A stretch of 64,000 nucleotides of DNA from positions 64,001 to 128,000 of the forward strand of contig CAWHDT010000009.1 of NCBI GenBank assembly GCA_963828195.1. Direction: 5' to 3'. The notes under the pieces were generated by a model. That model ran no database searches and was not told where the DNA came from. It saw only the letters and a list, made by a program, of their open reading frames with translations. The position numbers were made by a program, and so were the translations under genes. The stretch's first letter is position 1. Each line of letters starts with the position of its first letter. Below, in pieces: positions 1 to 10,255 of this stretch. This stretch comes from Candidatus Bathyarchaeota archaeon (lineage in GTDB: Archaea > Thermoproteota > Bathyarchaeia > Bathyarchaeales > Bathycorpusculaceae).

Positions 1-49
1 ATTTTGGATAACTTTTTTCTAGAAAGAAATAGGGCCAGAGGTGAAAGAA

Positions 50-244
50 ATGAGTAAAAAAGAGAACAATCCTATCCCCAAAGAACCAAATCAACCAACC
101 AAACACGCACCAAAAGAAGCACAAAGATACACAGGAACAAACAAGAACGTACCTGAAACCCTAAATAAAACGGAAACTGGAATACGGCCTTCTCGCGGAA
201 AAAAACAAAGACGCCAATTCAAACTTGCCCCAAACAGAGGATAA
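50..244 (+). CDS. small basic hypothetical protein
   Basis: ORF with GAGGTGA RBS ahead of ATG at 50; no recognisable family. Confidence 0.45.
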   Translation: MSKKENNPIPKEPNQPTKHAPKEAQRYTGTNKNVPETLNKTETGIRPSRGKKQRRQFKLAPNRG

Positions 245-373
245 GACGGCTTGCTCTAAAGTCGAAACTAAGACTTAAGTTACCTTCGATCTGGAGATAC
301 AAAAAAGTCTTAGTATTAACGCTGAAATAGTATATATAGCAACTTTGTCTTTTAGTCTGTAGGTTGAAAAGTT

Positions 374-598
374 ATGCCGAAGTGTCCAAATTGTACTGCC
401 CATGTGAAAGACCCTGATAAGGAATGGGACTTTGGTCGATTCCGCGTTAAAATGTATAAGTGTAATAAATGTGGAAATCAATTTAGAGAATTTTTCAAGG
501 AAAATACGCTGCAATTTGTGTTAAGTGCACATAACGGTGGTTTAGGAAAAACCAGGGTAAACAAGGAAACGCTGGATAGGCATAAAAGCTATCAATAA
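374..598 (+). CDS. small zinc-ribbon protein (CPNC...CNKC)
   Basis: Two CxxC knuckles in a 74-aa ORF, typical archaeal Zn-ribbon. Confidence 0.7.
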   Translation: MPKCPNCTAHVKDPDKEWDFGRFRVKMYKCNKCGNQFREFFKENTLQFVLSAHNGGLGKTRVNKETLDRHKSYQ

Positions 599-673
599 TT
601 GTTTTTGATGCACTTTATCTAAAGGCGTTTTAACCAACTTGACATTTCCAACTCTGGAACGGCAGCATTGTGT

Positions 674-850
674 TCATCGAATTCGTAAATCTTTTTTTCT
701 TTCAATCAAGTCTGTAATTTCATCAAATTCATTTGTGTAGTCCTTATGTTCCTTAACTAATCTTTTGAGTCTATTTTGGTTAAAGTATCCTTCATAAAAT
801 CCGAAGAACATTATTGCAAAGAGCATGTCTTTGGTTTTGTGATATTCCAT
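674..850 (-). pseudogene. 58-codon duplicated C-terminal fragment of the 4636..5664 gene
   Basis: Translates FAIMFFGFYEGYFNQNRLKRLVKEHKDYTNEFDEITDLIERKKDLRIR*, near-identical to the C-terminus of 4636..5664; upstream part unrelated. Confidence 0.75.
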
Positions 851-1227
851 GGTTGCTTTCCAATGCCTAAGCGTATGGAAGGTTATTTTCTATAGTCTTG
901 GGTTCTTGCTTTTCGATACTGCGATTTTTCTGCTGTGCTCTAAGAGTATAGCTGTGATTTTTAGGCTTGTTCCACCGAAGACGTACTTTGATGTTTTTGG
1001 TAAATCTGTTAAGTGTTCTATGAAACGATACAAAATCTCTGTAGTTGGCGTTATTTCTAAAAATAATAAGTTCTGCACTATGTTGTAGGTGTTAACTCAC
1101 ATCGACATAGTTATTTAGGGCATGAATGGGAATACAGAGTTAAGGTTGAGCGGGTTGGAGTACAACCATTTTTTCCCGCATCACTTTTAATAAGAGTTGA
1201 ATTAAACGATTTAACTTTTTAAGAGGA

Positions 1228-1935
1228 TTGATCAAAGTGGAAAATGGAGAAGAAAACGAAAGACTTTCGACGCAAGTTATCATAGCTGCGTTAAACGAGG
1301 AAGAAGGAATCGGATTAACAATAGCTGAACTCCAAGACTATCTGGGTTCCGCTAGAATTTTGGTAGTTGACGGAAATAGTATTGACAGGACCGTAGAAGC
1401 CGCCAAGAACTTGGGCGCTGAAATCGCTTTTCAAGATGGCAGGGGCAAGGGAGACGCGTTAGCCAAAGCTGTTGAACTTATTGACGTTAAAACTGATTAT
1501 GTAATAATTACGGATGCCGACTTCACATACCCAGCAGAATTCATTCCCAAAATGATCCAAATATTGAAAGATGACCCATCCACTGGTATGGTTTGTGGCA
1601 ACAGATTTACTGAAAATTTAGATTCACGTGCCTTGCACAATGTGTTCTACGTTGGAAATCGGCTCATAGCTTTTACTCATAATTTTTTAAACGGAATTCA
1701 TTTATCCGATCCTTTGACTGGGTTACGAGTCGTGCGTGCTGAAATTCTTAGAAACTGGAAAGTTAAATCCAAAGGTTTTGACATCGAGGTGGAGCTTAAT
1801 CATCGAGTAGAGCGAGAAGGTTTTGGTATTATTGAAATCCCAATTAATTATAGAGAAAGATTGGGTGAGAAAAAATTGGGCGTTAGGCACGGCACTGAAA
1901 TTTTAAGACGCATAATGCTGGAAACGATTTACTAG
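1228..1935 (+). CDS. family 2 glycosyltransferase (Dol-P-mannose synthase-like)
   Basis: IIAALNEE, VVDGNSID, GKG, DAD and GFDIEVE motifs. Confidence 0.92.
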   Translation: MIKVENGEENERLSTQVIIAALNEEEGIGLTIAELQDYLGSARILVVDGNSIDRTVEAAKNLGAEIAFQDGRGKGDALAKAVELIDVKTDYVIITDADFTYPAEFIPKMIQILKDDPSTGMVCGNRFTENLDSRALHNVFYVGNRLIAFTHNFLNGIHLSDPLTGLRVVRAEILRNWKVKSKGFDIEVELNHRVEREGFGIIEIPINYRERLGEKKLGVRHGTEILRRIMLETIY

Positions 1936-2434
1936 GGCAAAATTCTTAACGCATAAATAAAGTCTTTTCAAGTGGACGAATTATTAAAAAGCTTCATGAA
2001 TAATTTTGAGCAAAAAGAACACTCCGGTCCGAAGCAGGGACACACAGATCATCAACAGGCATTCCTGCCGAAATCATGATGTCCCCCAAAATAGGATATT
2101 TTGGCGGCGTTGCGAGCATCGGCAAAATGTTGAACCTTTTCTTAAGACCCGACGCCTAAACTTGCGCTTATAACGTTAAAGTCATGGTGTAAAATCCGCA
2201 GTATTCTTCTTTCTCACCTGGTTTTCAACATTACTAATTTGAAAAGACAAAATTTTTAGTCGAGTAAAAACTCGTATTATGTCTATACCCAAAATTTGAA
2301 GGATATTGTCCAACTTGTTCGCTGGAAGTTATTTTTTTGAAATGTGTAATAAAAAAAATGTACAAACTGTGAAAAAAACTGTAACGATGTCAAATATTTA
2401 TACTAAATGACAGCTCTTATGCAATATTAGCGGT

Positions 2435-2635
2435 TTATGCTTTTTTTGGCTTTATTGCTATTTTAACATTTACCTCGACAGTATATTCGTTTTCTAGTTT
2501 TCCAACAGTAAAATGCCAATCTTTTACGTTCACATCCATATCTTTAAAATGACTAGTTAGGGCATCTTTATACTCGTTAACTGTTTGACCTATTTTCTGT
2601 AATCGCTCGGTAACGTCAATATGTTTCTCAGACAT
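2435..2635 (-). CDS. small hypothetical protein
   Basis: GGAGGTG RBS, shared promoter motif upstream. Confidence 0.75.
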   Translation of the reverse strand: MSEKHIDVTERLQKIGQTVNEYKDALTSHFKDMDVNVKDWHFTVGKLENEYTVEVNVKIAIKPKKA

Positions 2636-2749
2636 TCATATGCACCTCCCAAAACAGGATAGACATTATAGTAATTTCTCACACTGCTCATAAGGTTGTG
2701 TGAATGTGGCTTAACAGCTACTAAACCCTAATTCATGCATAACTCAAGT

Positions 2750-3097
2750 TTACTTCATGGCAGACGGTTTAGGAGATCTCAATTGATTTTTTATAATTAT
2801 GATAAGCGATAAAATAAGCAGCGTACCTGTAACGCCTGAAATAATACCCATAATGTCCCAAGCCTTCCATGCCGGCATGAAAGTGCTAAGATATTCTTGC
2901 TGCCCAATTAATAAGAAAAGAGAAGCTGACCCAATTAAAGAAGTTACCAAGACTAACAAAACACTACTGATTACTCCAATGATCAGAAGTTTTTGGAGTC
3001 GTTTCTTGAGAGCAGCCTCAGTTTCGTGCAGATAGGCTCTGAGAATGGACTTAATCTCATTAAAAATTGCATCGACGATTTCCCTTACGAGCGGCAA
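2750..3097 (-). CDS. two-TM membrane protein (holin-superfamily/YqjE-like topology)
   Basis: Amphipathic N-terminus then two hydrophobic helices; family by resemblance only. Confidence 0.6.
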   Translation of the reverse strand: MPLVREIVDAIFNEIKSILRAYLHETEAALKKRLQKLLIIGVISSVLLVLVTSLIGSASLFLLIGQQEYLSTFMPAWKAWDIMGIISGVTGTLLILSLIIIIKNQLRSPKPSAMK

Positions 3098-3200
3098 CTA
3101 ATAGTTACCCCCAAATCTAAATAGCAAGCTAATCACAATCCCATTTGCGCATTATTCAGAAGTAAAACTGAGCGGTGTATTGAGGGTACTTATGCTCTGA

Positions 3201-3629
3201 TTATGGTATTGATGATTTAGGAGCTGCAGAGACCGTGGATGTGTTAGGAGCGATTGAGTTGTTAGCATAACCGGTGGAAAACGGTGCCTGGAATTTGCCT
3301 ATGTTTTCTCTGATTATTCCATAGCCCTGTTCTGCTTCAGTGTTAGGCAAATCACCTAATGATAGTGGTTCTCCGCCGAGCCTAAGGGTACATTTGATAG
3401 TCAACCGCAGTATGCCCTTTTCCAATACAACGTTGGCTATGTCTCGGTAATTGTAATCAGTATAATCCTTCTTTAAACCAAGTGCGTGAGGATGACGAAG
3501 AAGCATACGTTCATTTGTAAAGACGACAGAGTCAATATTAATCTGAGGATGGTAAATTTTCTGTTTAATATACAACTCAACCTTCTCGTTTGGACCCAGT
3601 ATTTTCGATATATCATCAGGAGCATCCAT
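3201..3629 (-). CDS. bacterial-type PH domain protein, paralog 1
   Basis: LGPNEKV...VFTNERMLL...YNYRDIANVVLEKG pattern; start moved to ATG 3629 by alignment with 7763..8179. Confidence 0.85.
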   Translation of the reverse strand: MDAPDDISKILGPNEKVELYIKQKIYHPQINIDSVVFTNERMLLRHPHALGLKKDYTDYNYRDIANVVLEKGILRLTIKCTLRLGGEPLSLGDLPNTEAEQGYGIIRENIGKFQAPFSTGYANNSIAPNTSTVSAAPKSSIP

Positions 3630-4269
3630 AAACTTTAACCAACTTTCCACTGTTAATTGTAGAATTGTAACGAGTGAGGAGATAAATAGCTGTGTGACTG
3701 GGAGGTCACATCTACATCGCACCGAAACTCGACAAAATGCACCTTTTTAGCAATAAGATTTAGAAGTTAAAGCATTAGGTTTTCGAATAACTTTCTAAAG
3801 TATTCAATTGTAAACAACTGCTTAAACGCGTAAACCATTAAATCAAACGCTATATTATTTCCACCAATTGTCGTGGCAATTAAATATCTTACAATATAAT
3901 TTCTAACAAAATAACGGCATTGCAGGGTTTAGACCAAAATCAATTTCGCCATTTACAAAAAAAAATCGGATATTATCTTCTTCATCTGGCGATCTTAGTA
4001 TTCTAATCATTTTAATTTTGGAGACTTCAAAGATATTTTTCTCGCTTTTTGTTAGCCGATTTATTTTTCTTTAAAGCGAAACCTAAGAATCGTTTTGGGA
4101 ACTGATTTTTATTAGAGTAAGTTGGCTTTTTGGGAGATGAGTATGATTAGCGCGGAATTGAGAAGGTCATTAGTAATGTATGAAAGACTGATTCGATTTG
4201 TTTTCGGCTGATGAAGCTCTAAGCTGCTTGAGATAAAAGGTGCAATTCACTCAAAAACAACTGGGCTGT

Positions 4270-4405
4270 AAAAGTGAATTAAAGAACATGCTTTGGCGGA
4301 TCTACACACGTTATCAAGAAGCGAACACTAAGAAGATTTCGAAAGGTACAAATTATTCGCATCTTGTTTAACGCTGATCCGCCGAAGCGTGTGATATTAC
4401 ACTTT
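4270..4405. ncRNA. candidate rod-shaped ncRNA (long imperfect hairpin)
   Basis: 4286-4302 pairs with 4376-4392 (17 bp, 2 G-U on + strand); inner arms cgttatcaagaagcgaa / ttcgcatcttgtttaacg; no ORF; shared promoter motif at 4426-4460. Confidence 0.5.
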
Positions 4406-4635
4406 CATTAATGCTTATCTTTTACAATAAATAACCTTGTGACTGGGGGTCTACAGTAACAGTATTGATAATTTCTAGAAATTTCTTTCTAAACCAGGTT
4501 ACTCAATCGGTCAGATAACAAAAACAACCTATCATTCAAATGTTTATTTCACTCAGTAACAGTTCAACGCTAAACCGCTATCAAAAAAAAAAAATGAAAT
4601 TGACAATTCGACCCATCAATCTATATACTTTCTAA

Positions 4636-5664
4636 CTATTGGACCACTTTGCCTGCAATTGGAAGGGATCTAATTCGCAGATCCTTTTTCCTTTCAATCA
4701 GATCAGTAATTTCATCGAATTCGCTGGTGTAGTCTTTATGTTCCTTAACTAACCTTTTGAGTCTATTTTGGTTAAAGTAGCCTTCGTAAAATCCGAAGAA
4801 CATGATTGCAAAGAAACCATAAACAAGATAATTACCAAATGCTGCAGCTCCTTGCGATATAACTAAGAGTAAAATCGGAAAAAGTACACCAAGAGAACCA
4901 ATGTAAGCCGACATTGCCCCAATTAGAGCGCCCATGACATCAATCTTATTATCATTTATGCTCTTGGCAAGACCAGCTTTTCTTTCCCATAATGTTGATG
5001 TATCGCTGAAATCAACTGCACTGAACAAGCTATCAAAAGCTCCAACCGAAATATTGTTTGTTCGACTTTTGAAAGCGCTGTTCATTTTTAGGTGGTAAAA
5101 CTCGCGATGCTCCTGATATTCACGCTTAATGATTGTGGCATCTATATACGGCGTTCGTCTAACCATACGAAAAGCATACTTTACGTTTTCAACAAACTTT
5201 TTACCTACCAATTCTTGTTCAGCTTTTTTTGCAGCACGCGCCTCATTAAGAATATCTTGTCTTTCTTCTTCCTTCAGAGTTTGCTTCTCTTTAGCAGTCA
5301 TCATTTTGTGAGAAAATCGATGATCATTAGAACATTTGTAAATTATGGTAGAAACCGGCGGAGGTATGCTGTATTCTGAAATTTTTTCTGCACAATAAGG
5401 ACAAATATATCCAGAATCGTCCCAATCTGGAGCTTCATCTATCTTCTTACTATTATCTTTCTCCCACTTTTTTATCCAATGTCTTGTGTGTCCCCAACCG
5501 CCGCTCAAGCTAAGGTATAGAACTTTTGAATCTTGTATCGCTTGCATGATTTCTTCTTCTGTTCGGACTTGACTTTTTTCACATTTTAGTGTGAGTTCCG
5601 CAGGTTTTTCAGGGACGTCTAATGTTTTTTTCTCTTCAACTGTTAACTGCTTTATTTTACTCAT
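4636..5664 (-). CDS. hypothetical protein with Zn-ribbon (CPYC...CSNDH) and two C-terminal TM helices
   Basis: 342-aa ORF; motifs read from translation. Confidence 0.75.
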   Translation of the reverse strand: MSKIKQLTVEEKKTLDVPEKPAELTLKCEKSQVRTEEEIMQAIQDSKVLYLSLSGGWGHTRHWIKKWEKDNSKKIDEAPDWDDSGYICPYCAEKISEYSIPPPVSTIIYKCSNDHRFSHKMMTAKEKQTLKEEERQDILNEARAAKKAEQELVGKKFVENVKYAFRMVRRTPYIDATIIKREYQEHREFYHLKMNSAFKSRTNNISVGAFDSLFSAVDFSDTSTLWERKAGLAKSINDNKIDVMGALIGAMSAYIGSLGVLFPILLLVISQGAAAFGNYLVYGFFAIMFFGFYEGYFNQNRLKRLVKEHKDYTSEFDEITDLIERKKDLRIRSLPIAGKVVQ

Positions 5665-5886
5665 TTTTTTCCTCTACACTCCAACAAGGGCCAGGGATTC
5701 GACTTGTTTTGATTGTTTGTTTTTGCACAAAAATAGAGGGCTCATGACCAATAATTGCATCTTCGTGATTAATCATTCTGCAGATCAACAATTGAGACTG
5801 AGCCATTACACTTTTACCGGGATAATCTGTTAAATTAAGAAAATATGTTGTTGAAAAGTTCGGGGTCATAATTTCAACCTATAGAG

Positions 5887-6042
5887 TTATAATAGTTTGC
5901 GTCCACGAAGCAGTCTAAGTACCACTAGAATTATAACGACAACAATCAAAAGGTCAACCAATCCACCAATTGTGAAAAAGCCAACAAGCCAAAGGACAAA
6001 TAAAACCATCGCGAGGAGTATTATTAAATCATCATTTTTCAT
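5887..6042 (-). CDS. lmo0937/DUF5670-family small membrane protein (51 aa, below ORF track cutoff)
   Basis: MKNDDLIILLAMVLFVLWLVGFFTIGGLVDLLIVVVIILVVLRLLRGRKLL fits the LWLxGF-IGGLI-RLLxGR family pattern; promoter motif upstream. Confidence 0.8.
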   Translation of the reverse strand: MKNDDLIILLAMVLFVLWLVGFFTIGGLVDLLIVVVIILVVLRLLRGRKLL

Positions 6043-6328
6043 AAACTACTTCAACATCTTTTAAGGTATGAAAACTCTATTTAAATGTCTGTGAATGTGA
6101 AGTCCCAGCAACAGTTAAGTTAGCTTTCTAATGCTTTTTTAAAATCATATTGTTTCCGGGCATTGTGAAGAATTAAGCTATTCGTGAATATAATTCCAAT
6201 CATAGAACTAATGAAATCTTGCGATAAATGAACCTGCTATTTATTTGAAAATTTTCTTTATCCATTGTAATTTAATAAAAAAAATGATTTGCAATAGCCA
6301 ACTAAGGCATTTATTGCAAATACTCAAA

Positions 6329-6619
6329 CTAAGTCTTAACTACTGGTCTTAGATACATGTGGAGCTGATCTTTTGAAACTTTCAGTTGTAATCCTTTGTC
6401 TGTCCAGCGTGCAATTCCTTTCTCTAGGGATGAAACGGCCAGCATGTTTCGTACTCCGCCTTTCTTTGCGCCAAGTACTGATTCAGCTATGTTCTTTTCT
6501 AATTCGATTTCAAGATGAGTTACTTTCCAATCTTCTGGGTCTATTCCTAATTCTTTGACTTTGCCAATTTTCAACTCTTCAGCAAAAACATCTTTATCTA
6601 AAAAATCTTTACTATTCAT
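6329..6619 (-). CDS. PRC-barrel domain protein
   Basis: LDKDVF...KIGKVKELGIDPEDWKVTHLEI signature. Confidence 0.85.
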   Translation of the reverse strand: MNSKDFLDKDVFAEELKIGKVKELGIDPEDWKVTHLEIELEKNIAESVLGAKKGGVRNMLAVSSLEKGIARWTDKGLQLKVSKDQLHMYLRPVVKT

Positions 6620-6761
6620 ACAATCTAACCTCCTCTACGCTTATAATTTTGAATACTTTATAAAGGGTCATTGGAAGAGTTAAGCGCTTGTGAATGTGAC
6701 CCTACACCGACACGGCTTTAAAGAATTTGAAACATAAATCCCATGAAAATGAATCTCTTAA

Positions 6762-7577
6762 TTATTCTTCAGCTTTTTTCCAATCAGATTCAAAACTAGT
6801 TCGAAGTACTCCGATAAGGTTGCAGTTATTTGTCCAAAGGGAGGGGCTTTCGCCTAATCCGCTTTCTTTGGAGGTGGTAATTAATGCTTCTTTATCGTCA
6901 GACATTATAAAGTGATTTAGAGGGTCACGATGAAACTTGACATGAACTGAGGCGGTACCGATGAGTTTTTTCACTTTCTCCTTAAGTAAAACATCTGGTT
7001 TTTCGCCTTCAAAAAGCAATCGAATCATAGCTCCCTGCTTTATCGCCAATTTGTATTCATCGGAAAATTGAAACAAAACAGGCATAATCCTTCCCTTGTC
7101 CGCTATTAACGCGACTTCTTTTTTAGAGTTCCTAATCAAATCTGCAGTTTTAGCAAAAATTGATTTCTTTTCCCCTATCAGTATGTAGGTGCTTTCTTCT
7201 TTGGGAAGTGTTTGCTTCCAGTCTTTAAGGGTCAGTTTTTGAACTATTCCCCTCATACCCACAAGTCGCTCATCAGATTTGCCTTTTTCTTCGGATACCA
7301 AGAGGCTTAAAGCATCTGAAATGAGGGTAGCCCTGATCTCAATTGGTTTGCCCAATAATCTTTCAATCAGGCCCATTTTTTCGAGTGACGGCAGAATTCT
7401 GTAGACATCTTCTCTGCGCACTTTTGAAAAGTTTGCTACTTGTCCTACCGTAGTTTTTTCGAGTTTAAGTATTGCTAAGTAAACCTTTGCCTGGTTAAGA
7501 GTTAAACCCAAACCAAGCAGCAAGTCAGTGTTTTCATCGTTCGTCATTCTATCAATTAACATTTTGTATCCTTGCAT
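6762..7577 (-). CDS. TrmB-family transcriptional regulator
   Basis: LGLTLNQAKVYLAIL...REDVYRILPSLEKMGLIE wHTH plus C-terminal PLD-like effector domain (FIMSDDKEALI...FESDWKKA). Confidence 0.92.
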   Translation of the reverse strand: MQGYKMLIDRMTNDENTDLLLGLGLTLNQAKVYLAILKLEKTTVGQVANFSKVRREDVYRILPSLEKMGLIERLLGKPIEIRATLISDALSLLVSEEKGKSDERLVGMRGIVQKLTLKDWKQTLPKEESTYILIGEKKSIFAKTADLIRNSKKEVALIADKGRIMPVLFQFSDEYKLAIKQGAMIRLLFEGEKPDVLLKEKVKKLIGTASVHVKFHRDPLNHFIMSDDKEALITTSKESGLGESPSLWTNNCNLIGVLRTSFESDWKKAEE

Positions 7578-7762
7578 ATTTATGTTTTTAATTTCTTTTG
7601 AAGCTAAAAAAGGGATTACAAAAAAGGATCCCGCAAACGTATTCGAATATGGCGCCTACAGTCAGATCGTGATTAGCTTTATTTTAATAAAATACAAACC
7701 TGCATCTAAAAAAAGTATTAACAGCAAAAAAAGATTTCTAGCGATCGCTAGCTTGCTGGTGG

Positions 7763-8179
7763 CTATTTGGGTACGTTGGGAACAGTCGCATATCCAGTTG
7801 AAAATGGCGATTGGAATTTGCCAATATTTTCTCTGATGATGCCGTATCCCTTTTCTGCAAGATCATTTGGTAAGTTATCCAAATCCAGATGTTCGCCTTC
7901 TTGCTGCTTTCCCTGATTTTCTAACCCGTGCTTAACCGTGAGTTTGATGGTTGAACGTTTTATTCCTTTTTCTAACGTTACATTCGTTATATCTCTATAA
8001 CTGTAATCAGTGTAATCTTTCTTTAAGCCAAGTGCGTGGGGATGCCGAAAAATTATTCGTTCATTCGTTATGATTATTGATTCAATGTTAATTCGAGGAT
8101 GATAGATTTTTTCCTCAATGTACAGCTCAACTTTTTCGTTAGAGCCAAGTATATTCTTTATGTCTTCTGGAGTTGTCAT
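7763..8179 (-). CDS. bacterial-type PH domain protein, paralog 2
   Basis: Highly similar to 3201..3629 (RHPHALGLKKDYTDY, GYGIIRENIGKFQ). Confidence 0.85.
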   Translation of the reverse strand: MTTPEDIKNILGSNEKVELYIEEKIYHPRINIESIIITNERIIFRHPHALGLKKDYTDYSYRDITNVTLEKGIKRSTIKLTVKHGLENQGKQQEGEHLDLDNLPNDLAEKGYGIIRENIGKFQSPFSTGYATVPNVPK

Positions 8180-8327
8180 AATAATCAACCAATTTACTTG
8201 TAGTAATATCACTTATTTCGATAAATAGCTGTGTGACTGGGGAGCCACATAGACAAGAGAGTTACTTCTTGCTTTTCAGAATCTCTTTAGAGAGACTTCT
8301 TCAAAACCCGTAAGAGGAATGTTTAGT

Positions 8328-8654
8328 TTATCCCAATACGAAGCCGATGATTACTCCTACTATGAATCCAATGCTTAACGGTAGGATGCCTATGATGAGT
8401 GCTCCATACTGATAGACGATTGAGCCGTATTGTGTTGCGTAGTTTTTCAACACGTTAAGACTTAAACCGAAAAAGCCAAAGTAGGCAACCACAAAGAGTA
8501 TGATTGCAGCTATGATAGCAATTTTTAGAAATAAATGGATTAGAAAGCCAACAATCAATCCAACAACAAATATTATTATCATTAATATAATTGGTGACAA
8601 ACCGCCTATGCTTCCAGACGTAATGAAATGAAATACTTGACCTAACGCGTCCAA
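8328..8654 (-). CDS. small membrane protein (FUN14-like resemblance)
   Basis: GLIVGFLI...LKIAII...AYFG hydrophobic pattern; promoter motif upstream. Confidence 0.7.
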   Translation of the reverse strand: MDALGQVFHFITSGSIGGLSPIILMIIIFVVGLIVGFLIHLFLKIAIIAAIILFVVAYFGFFGLSLNVLKNYATQYGSIVYQYGALIIGILPLSIGFIVGVIIGFVLG

Positions 8655-8922
8655 AGTCTACAACTCCTCAACAAACGATAGAAGCATAAAAGGGCTTTTA
8701 AGCTTGTGTGGCTGTTTGCCACCAGCAACAGGATGTCTGCTGCTATATTCAAACCCAACATTGTGGGATTATAAAGGAAGAGCGCTTATAAAGTAAAAGA
8801 GTGCTGACAAAAGGAAGGCACTAGTAAAACATAATGTAAATCGAAAAGATAAACAATCCTTTCTAAAAAACAGACTCAAAGAAGTTACAAGAAAAAAAGA
8901 TTTTTTCGATTTTTGGTCTCGC

Positions 8923-9252
8923 CTATTTTGGCTGCGACTTAACGAATATTGATAGTAATCCCAGAAGGGCTCCGAGAATAACTAAAACTCCTCCTATTCC
9001 GCCTGAAACAATTCCAAGCACTAATAGCACTATCGCCCATGGTAAAGTTCCAACAGACTTTGACCCAATTATGCAGATCGCCCCAATTACTATTGCTACT
9101 ATGCTGTACATTACTCCAGTCAAGTAGTGGCCAGCCGGCGAGAAAACGCTACCGAAAGAAGACCCTATAAGGCCAAACAAGCCAAAGACGATTATGAGTA
9201 TTCCACCTATCAACGCAAGGATATATCCCCAATACGCAAAATTATTCTTCAT
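8923..9252 (-). CDS. Gly-rich multi-TM small membrane protein
   Basis: Four hydrophobic segments; GAGGTGA RBS. Confidence 0.8.
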   Translation of the reverse strand: MKNNFAYWGYILALIGGILIIVFGLFGLIGSSFGSVFSPAGHYLTGVMYSIVAIVIGAICIIGSKSVGTLPWAIVLLVLGIVSGGIGGVLVILGALLGLLSIFVKSQPK

Positions 9253-9336
9253 TTTTTAGTTCACCTCTGCAGAAATTTGTTTAGCATCCTAACTGATTAT
9301 TTGAAATAATTTCGCGTGAAAAAATTCACGCTCATT

Positions 9337-9759
9337 TTAGATGTGGGGGAAGAATGTTCCCGGAACCACTATACCAAAGAGGGCCCCAAATATTATGCTA
9401 ACTACGACGAAGATTATCCACGCCAATATGGCTACTGCGATGGCTCCCAGCCAGCCAGTTCTAAAGCTTGCTTTGTAGACCCATATCCACGTTATGAGAG
9501 CTAAAATTAATGCGATTACATAAGCCGTTGAGCCAATTAGCGACCCCAGAAAGTAACCCACTATAATCAATGTGACAGCATAAACTATTGGGCCAAACAA
9601 TGTGGCAAGCATGGCTTCGCCGAAGGTGGCTTTTCCGCCAGTTACTGCTTTGCCGGCTAACCATACGGGTATTGAAACTACAACCCAAAGAATAATCAAA
9701 CCAATTATCGTTACAAGAAGACTCATTAAACTAATATTTCCAATAATAAGATTGCTCAA
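9337..9759 (-). CDS. four-TM membrane protein
   Basis: Hydrophobic 140-aa ORF with AGGTG RBS and promoter motif. Confidence 0.8.
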   Translation of the reverse strand: MSNLIIGNISLMSLLVTIIGLIILWVVVSIPVWLAGKAVTGGKATFGEAMLATLFGPIVYAVTLIIVGYFLGSLIGSTAYVIALILALITWIWVYKASFRTGWLGAIAVAILAWIIFVVVSIIFGALFGIVVPGTFFPHI

Positions 9760-10023
9760 AGGCTACACCTGTTAAGTTACTTAGGGGTGTGGATAAGTAT
9801 TAAGTCTGTGTGGCTGTAGCCCCCCATCAACAAAGCGGTATGTTGTTTGAAAAAACCATAGTTCCGACCTAGAGCGCAAAACTGCACGATTAAGTGGGAC
9901 AGTGGAGCTTGATACTTAAGCCATCTGCAAACAAAAACCCCGTCATGCCCTGATGTTGCCGTTACTTTGTAATCACACACGCTTAAGTTTGTAAATGACG
10001 ACCTATCGGTAGAGGTGAATGCA

Positions 10024-10161
10024 ATGGCAGGAGCGAAGAGAAAAGTTGAAAATGCCGCGGAAGAAACTGGAGAGGCAGTTGGCAAAGGCATCAAAAAGGG
10101 TGCTAAAGCTGTGGATGATTTTGGAAAGGGTCTAAAGAAGGAACTCAAGAAAAAAGACTAA
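10024..10161 (+). CDS. 45-aa LEA/CsbD-like hydrophilic protein (below ORF track cutoff)
   Basis: MAGAKRKVENAAEETGEAVGKGIKKGAKAVDDFGKGLKKELKKKD; GAGGTGA RBS; promoter motif; T-rich tract after. Confidence 0.8.
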   Translation: MAGAKRKVENAAEETGEAVGKGIKKGAKAVDDFGKGLKKELKKKD

Positions 10162-10255
10162 AATAAGCAAATTCCCTTTTCACAAACAAAAAAGAAAAGT
10201 ACTTGTTTTTATTTATTGACTCATAGAATTCAAACTGTTCTTGGATTGAAATTTT

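Noticed and set aside
3693-3710. CRP-like palindrome TGTGAC-N6-GTCACA
   Set aside because: Dyad symmetry is clear in only a few of the ten motif copies; the conserved part is the oriented half next to TATA.
674-4815. Duplicated 3' gene segment as a DGR template/variable repeat pair
   Set aside because: Differences are mostly synonymous and not adenine-specific, and there is no reverse transcriptase in the window.
9777-10148. 123-aa minus-strand ORF
   Set aside because: Antisense to the RBS-supported 10024..10161 gene and spans two promoters.
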